From Candidatus Methylomirabilia bacterium (GTDB lineage Bacteria > Methylomirabilota > Methylomirabilia > Rokubacteriales > CSP1-6), in the NCBI GenBank assembly GCA_041497895.1, contig JBGQHJ010000042.1, forward strand, positions 1-31,476: a DNA stretch of 31,476 bases, written 5' to 3'. Positions 24,523 to 31,476 of the stretch are shown here, in pieces. Within the stretch, counting starts at the first letter, position 1, and every line of letters starts with the position of its first letter. The notes below the pieces were generated by a model. That model searched no databases and was not told the DNA's origin. It worked only from the letters and a program-made list of their open reading frames with translations. A program made the translations under genes and the position numbers.

Positions 24523-25515
24523 GTGACCAAGCGGGAGCGGGTGACCGCGGCGCTCCGCGGGCAGCCGGTCGACCGGCTCCCGCTCGCGTTCTGGCTGCAC
24601 AACTTCGCCACCGAGAACTCGGCCCGGGGCCTGGCCGACGAGACCCTGCGCCTGCACCGCGCCTTCGACTGGGACTTCCTCAAGCCCCAGTCGCGCGCGC
24701 AGTGCTTCGCCGAGATGTGGGGGCTCACCTACGCGCCCTCGGGGGACAAGGCACGGCAGTACACCGTGACGTACGCGCCGGTGGCGACCGCCGACGACCT
24801 CGCCCGGCTCCCGGTGGCCGACCCCGGCTCGGGCGCGCTCGGCGAGCAGCTCGAGGCCCTGCGCCTGATCCGCGCCGCGGTGGGGCCCGACGTGCCGATC
24901 ATCTGGACGGTGTTCGCGCCGCCCATGATCCTGCCGATGCTGGCGCGCGGCGGCCGCGAGCAGGCCCTGGGCTTCCTGCGCCAGGCGCCCCGCGAGACCG
25001 CGCGGGCCTTCGACGTGATGGCGGACACGCTCGCGGAGTACGCGCGGCGCTGCCTGGCCGCCGGCGCCGACGGCCTCTTCTACGCGACCAACGTGGCGAC
25101 GCGGTCGCTCATGACCGCGGAGGAGTGCCGCCGCTGGCAGCGGCCGTGGGACCTGCGCATCCTGGCCGCGGTGGAGGGCGCCCCGTTCAACCTGCTCCAC
25201 GTCTGCGGACCGGGCATCCACTTCGAGGAGTTCGCGGACTATCCGGTGACCGCGCTCTCGTTCGCCACCGTCCCCGGCAACCCGGGCCTCACCGCGGCGC
25301 GGGCGCGGTCCGGCCGGGCGGTGGTGGGCGGGCTGCCGGCCAAGCCCGAGATCGCGGGGATGACCGAGGCCGCGCTCCTCGAGCGCGCCGCGGCGGCCCG
25401 GCGGGAGATGCAGGACCGGTGGCTGCTCCTCGGGCCCGACTGCTCGATCAATCCGGACACGCCCGAGCGGCTCCTGCACGCGGTCGGCGCCGCAGTGCGG
25501 CACGCGGCGCCCTAG
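24523..25515 (+). CDS. Uroporphyrinogen decarboxylase / MtaA-CmuA methyltransferase superfamily protein
   Basis: MTKRERVTAALRGQPVDR, TVFAP, AGADGLF, LLHVCG, LGPDCSI. Lacks the UroD RQAGR motif. Confidence 0.8.
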   Translation: MTKRERVTAALRGQPVDRLPLAFWLHNFATENSARGLADETLRLHRAFDWDFLKPQSRAQCFAEMWGLTYAPSGDKARQYTVTYAPVATADDLARLPVADPGSGALGEQLEALRLIRAAVGPDVPIIWTVFAPPMILPMLARGGREQALGFLRQAPRETARAFDVMADTLAEYARRCLAAGADGLFYATNVATRSLMTAEECRRWQRPWDLRILAAVEGAPFNLLHVCGPGIHFEEFADYPVTALSFATVPGNPGLTAARARSGRAVVGGLPAKPEIAGMTEAALLERAAAARREMQDRWLLLGPDCSINPDTPERLLHAVGAAVRHAAP

Positions 25516-25540
25516 GGGGCTGGAAGGGCCTGTAACGCTG

Positions 25541-25549
25541 TGGTAGCAT
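25541..25549 (+). promoter_or_regulatory. Extended -10 promoter (TG-G-TAGCAT) upstream of the EF-G paralogue
   Basis: TGGTAGCAT at 25541-25549. SD AGGAGG at 25573-25578 precedes ATG 25584. Confidence 0.5.
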
Positions 25550-25583
25550 CCCGCCCACACCATCTCCTTTGCAGGAGGCGGGC

Positions 25584-27659
25584 ATGGCTCTGGACATCGC
25601 CAAGATTCGCAACGTTGCGTTCGTCGGCCATGGCGGCGTCGGCAAGACGTCGCTGGTCGAAGGCCTCCTGCACGCGTGCGGGGCGACCACCCGGCTCGGC
25701 CGGGTCGACGACGGCACCACCACCACCGACTTCGACGCCGACGAGATCAAGCGCAAGATCTCGCTCAACACCGCGGTGGCCTTCTGCGACCACAAGGGCC
25801 ACCGCCTCAACCTGATCGACACCCCCGGGTACGGCGACTTCGTGGCCGACGCCCGCGCCGGGCTGCGGGTGGCCGGCGCCGCGGTCGTGGTGGTGGACGC
25901 GGTGGCGGGCGTGCAGGTCCAGACCGAGAAGGTCTGGAAGTTCGCCAACGACTACAACCTGCCGCGGGCGATCGTGATCAACCGCCTCGATCGTGAGCGC
26001 GCCGATTTCTACCGCACGCTCGAGTCCCTGCAGAAGCGCCTCAAGGGGCGGCTGGTCCCGCTCCAGCTGCCGATCGGCAGCGAGGCCGGCTTCTCGGGAG
26101 TGGTCGACCTGATCGCGATGCGGGCGCTCGTCTCGGCCGACGGCCGGATGAAGGACGCCGAGATCCCGGGCGACCTGGTGGAGAGCGCCAAGTCCTACCG
26201 GGAGAAGCTGGCCGAGGCCGCCGCCGAGACCGACGACGACCTGCTCGCGAAGTACCTGGAGGAGGGCGCGATCAGCGAGGAGGAAATGCTGGGCGCCCTG
26301 CGCCGCGCGATCATGTCGGGCGGGGTGGTGCCGGTGCTCTGCGCCGCCGCGACGCGCGGCATCGGGGTGGGGCCGCTGCTCGACCTCGTCGTGAAGGAGT
26401 TCCCGTCGCCCGCCGACCAGGGAGAGGTCGAGGGCACGGACCCGCGCACCAAGGCGGCGGTGAAGCGCGCGCCGGATCCGAAGGCGCCCCTCTGCGCGCT
26501 CGTGTTCAAGACCATCTCGGACCCGCACGTGGGCAAGCTGTCCGTCTTCCGCGTCTACTCGGGCACGCTGCGGGCCGACAGCCAGGTCTACAACGCGAGC
26601 CGCGACAGCCGGGAGCGCGTCGGGCACCTGGGCTGGCTCTCCGGCAAGACGCAGAAAACGGTGGACGCCCTCGGCCCCGGCGAGATCGGGGTGGTGGCCA
26701 AGCTCAAGGACACGCTCACCGGCGACACCCTCTGCGACGAGGGCAACCCGATCGTGCTGCCGGGCATCAGCTTCCCGGAGCCGGCCATCTCCTTCGCCAT
26801 CCAGCCCAAGACCCGCGGCGACGAGGACAAGATCTCGACCGCGCTCCACCGCATGGCCGACGAGGACCCCACGCTGCACCACCACTACGACCCCGAGACC
26901 AAGCAGCTGCTGGTCTCCGGCATGGGCCAGCTCCACGTCGAGGTGGTGGTGGAGCGGATGAAGCGCAAGTACAACGTGGACGTCTCGCTGCTCCCGCCGC
27001 GCATCCCCTACAAGGAGACGGTCAAGGGGCGCGCCGAGGTGCAGGGCAAGTACAAGAAGCAGACCGGCGGGCGCGGCCAGTACGGCGACACCTGGCTGCG
27101 CATCGAGCCGCTCACCCGCGGCGGCGGCTTCGAGTTCGTCGACGACATCTTCGGCGGGGCCATCCCGCGCAATTTCATCCCCTCGGTCGAGAAGGGCGTG
27201 CGCGACTGCATGAAGCGCGGCATCCTCGCCGGCTACCCGGTGGTGGACCTCAAGGTCACGCTCTACGACGGCTCCTACCACGACGTGGACTCCTCGGACA
27301 TGGCGTTCCAGATCGCGGCCTCCATGGGGCTGCAGAAGGGCTTCCTGGACGCCAAGCCGTGCCTGCTCGAGCCGGTGATGAACGTCGAGGTCTCGGCGGC
27401 CGCGGAGGCGGCGGGAGAGATCATCGGCGACCTGAACGGCCGGCGGGGTCGTATCGTGGGCATGGAGCCGGAGGGCGACGTGGTGGCGGTGCGGGCCCAG
27501 GTACCGATGTCCGAGATGCTCACCTACGAGTCGAGCCTGCGGTCCATGACCGGTGGCCGCGGCGGCTACGCGATGGAGTTCTCGCACTACGAGGAAGTCC
27601 CGAGCCAGCTCGCCGAGAAGGTGGTGGCCACCTACCGCGCCGAGAAGGAAAAGCACTAG
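25584..27659 (+). CDS. fusA: Elongation factor G paralogue (EF-G2-like), outside the str operon
   Basis: GHGGVGKTS, DTPGYGDF, INRLD, GMGQLH, KKQTGGRGQYG, GSYHDVDSS. ATG 25584 chosen for its SD. Confidence 0.93.
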   Translation: MALDIAKIRNVAFVGHGGVGKTSLVEGLLHACGATTRLGRVDDGTTTTDFDADEIKRKISLNTAVAFCDHKGHRLNLIDTPGYGDFVADARAGLRVAGAAVVVVDAVAGVQVQTEKVWKFANDYNLPRAIVINRLDRERADFYRTLESLQKRLKGRLVPLQLPIGSEAGFSGVVDLIAMRALVSADGRMKDAEIPGDLVESAKSYREKLAEAAAETDDDLLAKYLEEGAISEEEMLGALRRAIMSGGVVPVLCAAATRGIGVGPLLDLVVKEFPSPADQGEVEGTDPRTKAAVKRAPDPKAPLCALVFKTISDPHVGKLSVFRVYSGTLRADSQVYNASRDSRERVGHLGWLSGKTQKTVDALGPGEIGVVAKLKDTLTGDTLCDEGNPIVLPGISFPEPAISFAIQPKTRGDEDKISTALHRMADEDPTLHHHYDPETKQLLVSGMGQLHVEVVVERMKRKYNVDVSLLPPRIPYKETVKGRAEVQGKYKKQTGGRGQYGDTWLRIEPLTRGGGFEFVDDIFGGAIPRNFIPSVEKGVRDCMKRGILAGYPVVDLKVTLYDGSYHDVDSSDMAFQIAASMGLQKGFLDAKPCLLEPVMNVEVSAAAEAAGEIIGDLNGRRGRIVGMEPEGDVVAVRAQVPMSEMLTYESSLRSMTGGRGGYAMEFSHYEEVPSQLAEKVVATYRAEKEKH

Positions 27660-27664
27660 CGGAC

Positions 27665-27693
27665 CGCGGCGCGCCTGTCCCGGGCGCGCCGCG
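27665..27693 (+). terminator. GC-rich hairpin after the EF-G paralogue (no U-tract)
   Basis: CGCGGCGCGCC-7 nt-GGCGCGCCGCG, perfect 11-bp stem starting 6 nt after the stop. Confidence 0.4.
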
Positions 27694-27735
27694 CTCGCCT
27701 CCGATCCCCCACATCCCGACGACCGAGGCCCACGC

Positions 27736-28965
27736 ATGTTCGTGACCCACATCGAATGCACCGTCTGCGGGCGGCGCCACGAGGCCGGGCGGCTGCTCAC
27801 CGTCTGCCAGCAATGCGGCCAGATGCTCGCGGTCCGGTACGACCTCCCGCGCGTCGCGGCCGCCGTCTCCAAGGAGGCGCTTCAGAGCCGGCCGCCCGGG
27901 ATGTACCGGTTCCGCGAGCTGCTGCCGCTGACCGCGTCCGAGGAGCCGGTGACGCTCGGCGAGGGCGGCACGCCGCTCCTCGAGCTGCCGCGCCTGGCCG
28001 CGCACCTGGGGCTGCGGCACCTCTGGGCCAAGGACGAGGGGCAGAACCCGACCGGCACCTTCAAGGCGCGCGGGCTCGGCATGGCCATCAGCAAGGCGCG
28101 GACCCTCGGGGTGCGCGGCCTCATGATCCCCTCCGCGGGCAACGCGGGCGGGGCCGCGGCGGTCTACGGCGCGCGCGCCGGGCTGCCGGTGGCGGTGGTG
28201 GTGCCGCGCGACACACCGGAGGCGGCGGTGGCCGAGGCCGCGCTGGCCGGCGCCCACGTCTTCACGATCGAGGGCACCATCGCCACCGCGGGTCGGGCCA
28301 TCGCGTCGATCGCGCCCGCGCTCGGCTGGTTCGACCTGGCCACCCTCAAGGAGCCTTACCGGCTCGAGGGCAAGAAGACGATGGGCCTCGAGCTGGCCGA
28401 GCAGCTCGGGTGGGACGCGCCCGACGTGCTGGTGTATCCGACCGGGGGCGGCACCGGGCTCGTCGGCATCTGGAAGGCCTACGAGGAGCTGGCCGCGATG
28501 GGCTGGGTCAAGGCCGGGCAGCCGCGCTTCGTGGCGGTGCAGGCCGAGGGCTGCGCCCCGCTGGTCCGCGCCTGGGAGGACAAGGCCGAGACCACCTCTC
28601 CCGTCGAGAACCCGGTCACCAACGCGCCCGGCCTGCGCGTGCCCGGCCCCTTCGCCGGAAGGCAGATGCTCCGGATCCTGCGCGACACCGGCGGCTTCCC
28701 GCAGCCGGTGGGCGAGGAGGAGATCGTCGACGCCCAGCGGCTCCTGGCTCGCACCGAGGGCATCTGGACGGCGCCCGAGGCGGCGGCCACTCTGGCCGCG
28801 CTCCTTCACATGAAGGATGAAGGCGAGATCGAGCCCACCACGCGGGTGGTGCTCGTCCTCACCGGCGCCGGCATCAAGTACCCGCCACCTTCGCTGCCGC
28901 GGCCGGCGCATCTCGAAGGCACCCCGGAGGCGATGCTCGCGCAGGTCAAGCGGGTGATCGGGTGA
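27736..28965 (+). CDS. thrC: Threonine synthase-like PLP enzyme (fold type II)
   Basis: N-terminal CxxC...CxxC, TLGEGGTPL, NPTGTFKARG (PLP Lys), SAGNAG, EPYRLEGKKTMG, YPTGGGTG, LTGAGIKY. Confidence 0.85.
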   Translation: MFVTHIECTVCGRRHEAGRLLTVCQQCGQMLAVRYDLPRVAAAVSKEALQSRPPGMYRFRELLPLTASEEPVTLGEGGTPLLELPRLAAHLGLRHLWAKDEGQNPTGTFKARGLGMAISKARTLGVRGLMIPSAGNAGGAAAVYGARAGLPVAVVVPRDTPEAAVAEAALAGAHVFTIEGTIATAGRAIASIAPALGWFDLATLKEPYRLEGKKTMGLELAEQLGWDAPDVLVYPTGGGTGLVGIWKAYEELAAMGWVKAGQPRFVAVQAEGCAPLVRAWEDKAETTSPVENPVTNAPGLRVPGPFAGRQMLRILRDTGGFPQPVGEEEIVDAQRLLARTEGIWTAPEAAATLAALLHMKDEGEIEPTTRVVLVLTGAGIKYPPPSLPRPAHLEGTPEAMLAQVKRVIG

Positions 28966-29194
28966 CTCGCGCTATCATGGCGGCTCCCATGGGCCACCAC
29001 GAAGGAGGAGCGGCGGGGTCGACCGCGTGACGGTCGCGCCCGCGGTCCCGCTCCTCGGCCTCGCCTTCCGCGGTCGCTTCGTCTCCGGGCTGGTGCGCGT
29101 CGGCGGCGCCATCTGATGGTGCTTCGCGGGGCGCTCGCGGGTATCATCGCCCTGGCCACGCCGCGCGTCCGGCTCGACGTGGCCACTCACTGAC

Positions 29195-30757
29195 ATGCGA
29201 TACGGCTTCGTCATCGATCAGCGGAAGTGCATCGGCTGTCACGCCTGCACGGTGGCCTGCAAGGAGGAGAACCAGGTCCCGCTCGGGGTGAACCGCACGT
29301 GGGTGAAGTACATCGAGAAGGGCGTGTTCCCGGACACGCGGCGCTACTTCAGCGTGATGCGCTGCAACCACTGCGACAACGCGCCCTGCGTGACGATCTG
29401 TCCGACGGTGGCGCTCTACCGGCGGCCCGACGGCATCGTGGATTTCGACGGGGAGCGCTGCATCGGCTGCAAGTCGTGCATGCAGGCGTGCCCCTACGAC
29501 GCGCTCTACATCGACCCCGAGACCAAGACCGCGGCCAAGTGCCACTACTGCGCCCATCGGGTGGAGAGCGGGCTCGAGCCCGCGTGCGTGGTGGTGTGCC
29601 CGGTCCAGGCCATCGTGCCGGGCGATCTCGACGACCCGCACAGCACGATCGCGCGGCTCGTCGCGTCGCAGCAGACCCAGGTGCGCAAGCCGGAGCAGGG
29701 GACGCGGCCCAAGCTCTACTACCTGGGCGCGGAGGCCGCCGCGCTCACCCCCGACATGCAGGAGCGCCGCGGGGGGTACCTGTTCTCCCAGGTCGGCAGC
29801 ATCCCGAGCCCGGGCCAGCCGAACCGCCCGCTCGCGCGGGCGGGCACGTCGGCCGCCACGGCCGCGACCGATGGAATGGATCTGCTCGCGCTGGCCCGCA
29901 CCGTGTACGATGTCGCGCACCCGGAGCGGCCGTGGGGATGGAAGGTCGCCGCGTACCTGTGGACGAAGTCGATCGGGGCGGGCGCGTTCCTGGTCGCCGC
30001 CCTCGGCCTCGTGGCGGGCTTCCTGACCGCCGACGCGCTGGTCGGGCTCGCGGTGCCGATGATCGGGCTCGCGTTCCTGCTGCTGACCAGCCTGCTGCTG
30101 GTGTGGGACCTCAAGCGACCGGAGCGGTTCCTCTATCTGCTCTTCAAGCCGAACCCGCGCTCCTGGCTCGTGCTGGGCGGCTTCATCCTGTTCGCGGCCG
30201 GCTTCCTCGGCTTCCTCTGGCTGCTCGCGGGCCTGGTCTCGAACCTCGTCGCGCTGCAGCTCCTCGCCTGGCCCATGGCGGCGGTGGCCGCGGCCACCGC
30301 GGGCTACAGCGCGTTCCTGTTCGGCCAGGCCGAGGGCCGCGACTTCTGGCAGAGCCCGCTGCTGCTGCCCCACCTGCTGGTGGCCGCGGTCGTGGCGGGC
30401 TCGGCGAGCCTGCTGCTGGCCGGCCGCGCGCTCGGCAGCGCGTCCATCGTCAGCGGGGGCCTCGGTCTCGTGCTCTGGGCCTCGCTGCTGGTGAGCGCCC
30501 TCGTGCTCTTCGCCGAATTGTTCACCGCGCACGCCACGCAGGACGCGGCGCGGGCGGCGCGGCTGCTCACCCATGGGCCCCTGCGGGTGCCACTCTGGGG
30601 CGGCGTCATCGTCGGCGGCATCGCGCTGCCGCTCGTGCTGCTGCTGAGCGCGTCGGTCCCGTTCGGCTCGGAGCTGGCCGCGGGCCTGGCCCTGGCCGGC
30701 CTCTGGCTGTGGGAAGAGCTCTGGACCCGCGCCGGCCAGATGATCCCGCTCAGCTAG
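29195..30757 (+). CDS. Fusion of a 4x[4Fe-4S] ferredoxin (NrfC/DmsB-like) and an NrfD/PsrC membrane anchor
   Basis: CIGCHACTVAC, CNHCDNAPCVTICP, CIGCKSCMQACP, CHYC...PACVVVCP, then WGWKVAAYLW, DLKRPERF and about 8 TM helices. Confidence 0.92.
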   Translation: MRYGFVIDQRKCIGCHACTVACKEENQVPLGVNRTWVKYIEKGVFPDTRRYFSVMRCNHCDNAPCVTICPTVALYRRPDGIVDFDGERCIGCKSCMQACPYDALYIDPETKTAAKCHYCAHRVESGLEPACVVVCPVQAIVPGDLDDPHSTIARLVASQQTQVRKPEQGTRPKLYYLGAEAAALTPDMQERRGGYLFSQVGSIPSPGQPNRPLARAGTSAATAATDGMDLLALARTVYDVAHPERPWGWKVAAYLWTKSIGAGAFLVAALGLVAGFLTADALVGLAVPMIGLAFLLLTSLLLVWDLKRPERFLYLLFKPNPRSWLVLGGFILFAAGFLGFLWLLAGLVSNLVALQLLAWPMAAVAAATAGYSAFLFGQAEGRDFWQSPLLLPHLLVAAVVAGSASLLLAGRALGSASIVSGGLGLVLWASLLVSALVLFAELFTAHATQDAARAARLLTHGPLRVPLWGGVIVGGIALPLVLLLSASVPFGSELAAGLALAGLWLWEELWTRAGQMIPLS

Positions 30758-30760
30758 GAC

Positions 30761-30844
30761 GGGGTCAGGTCTTGCATTACGACATTTTCGCGACGCGAGA
30801 GCCAACCACGAGGGAGGAAATGTCGTAATGCAAGACCTGACCCC
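30761..30844. mobile_element. 84-bp MITE/REP-like element with perfect 27-bp terminal inverted repeats
   Basis: GGGGTCAGGTCTTGCATTACGACATTT (30761-30787) and its exact reverse complement (30818-30844) around a 30-nt spacer. More AT-rich than its flanks. No target-site duplication or transposase seen; mobility is inferred. Confidence 0.7.
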
Positions 30845-31476
30845 AGATCCGCTGCACCCGGTGGCCCGGACGCTGGCGGCGCCCGCGGCGGGGCTCGAGC
30901 GGTTTCCGCCGGCGGCACGCTGGGACGACTGGGAGGAGCTGGACGCGAAGGCGTGGCCGCGGAAGGTCAAGCGCCGCTTCCAGCTGATTCCCACGATCTG
31001 CTTCAACTGCGAGGCGGGCTGCGGGCTGCTCGCCTACGTGGATGCGCAGACCCTCAAGGTCCACAAGTTCGAGGGCAACCCGGTGCACCCGGGCAGCCGA
31101 GGCCGCAACTGCGCCAAGGGTCCCGCCACGCTGAACCAGATCACGGACCCGGAGCGCATCCTGTACCCGCTGCGGCGCGCGGGCGCCCGCGGCGAGGGGA
31201 AGTGGGAGCGGGTCACGTGGGACGCGGTGCTCGACGACATCGGCGGGCGCATCCGGAAGGCGCTCGTCGAGGGCCGGCAGAAGGAAGTGATGTACCATCT
31301 GGGGCGGCCGGGCCACGAACTGATCTACCTCCAGCGCGTCTTCCACGCGTGGGGCATCGACGGCCACAACAGCCACACCAACGTCTGCTCGGCCTCCGCG
31401 CGCGCGGGCTACGCCTTCTGGCACGGGCTCGACCGGCCCTCGCCCGATCACAGCAAGGCGCGCTTCATCCTGCTGC
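30828..31476 (+). CDS. Molybdopterin oxidoreductase catalytic subunit (DMSO reductase superfamily), runs off the window; absent from the ORF track
   Basis: Hand translation from ATG 30828: MQDLTPDPLHPVAR...PTICFNCEAGCGLL...EGNPVHPGSRGRNCAKG...DPERILYPLRRAGARGEGKWERVTWD...GHNSHTNVCS. This includes the FS0 motif CxxCxxxC...C. No twin-arginine signal. Confidence 0.92.
   Translation, partial: MQDLTPDPLHPVARTLAAPAAGLERFPPAARWDDWEELDAKAWPRKVKRRFQLIPTICFNCEAGCGLLAYVDAQTLKVHKFEGNPVHPGSRGRNCAKGPATLNQITDPERILYPLRRAGARGEGKWERVTWDAVLDDIGGRIRKALVEGRQKEVMYHLGRPGHELIYLQRVFHAWGIDGHNSHTNVCSASARAGYAFWHGLDRPSPDHSKARFILL

Noticed and set aside
30761..30844. CRISPR repeat or autonomous IS
   Set aside because: Only two copies in inverted orientation, with no spacer array, cas gene, transposase or target-site duplication.
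34..31451. Many long antisense or alternative-frame ORFs in the track (e.g. 1804-3054 +, 19560-21944 -, 25512-27872 -, 29144-31006 -, 30777-31451 -)
   Set aside because: They are Arg/Gly/Pro/Ala-rich, lack motifs and overlap well-supported genes. This is the expected shadow of GC3-biased codons.

Overview
High-GC (roughly 70% by eye) window from a diderm bacterium. Candidatus Rokubacteria/Methylomirabilota is a guess from composition and gene content only. About 20 kb (847-20582) is one divergently transcribed membrane-lipid locus. The left arm (minus strand) is mlaE-mlaF-mlaD-mlaC/hpnM, an internally deleted PEP-mutase-like gene, a phosphonopyruvate-decarboxylase-like gene, an NTP transferase, a CDP-alcohol phosphotransferase, a flippase-like membrane protein, inositol-3-phosphate synthase and the MMPL/RND transporter hpnN. 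The right arm (plus strand) is a CruF/DUF422-like gene, hpnH, a small unknown, hpnG, hpnA, hpnD, two Zn-dependent polyol-type dehydrogenases, a PagL-like beta-barrel and ispH. hpnC, hpnE, shc and hpnI/J/K/O are not in the window. The best candidate for an undescribed system is this coupling of extended-hopanoid synthesis and export with inositol/phosphonate CDP-headgroup chemistry. Downstream are an FAH-family gene, two unknowns, an amidohydrolase, a UroD/MtaA-family gene, an EF-G paralogue, threonine synthase, a ferredoxin-NrfD fusion and a partial molybdopterin oxidoreductase. The oxidoreductase start codon lies inside an 84-bp element with perfect 27-bp inverted repeats. All product calls come from motif recognition by eye; no database search was run. 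No rRNA, tRNA, CRISPR array or transposase was seen.
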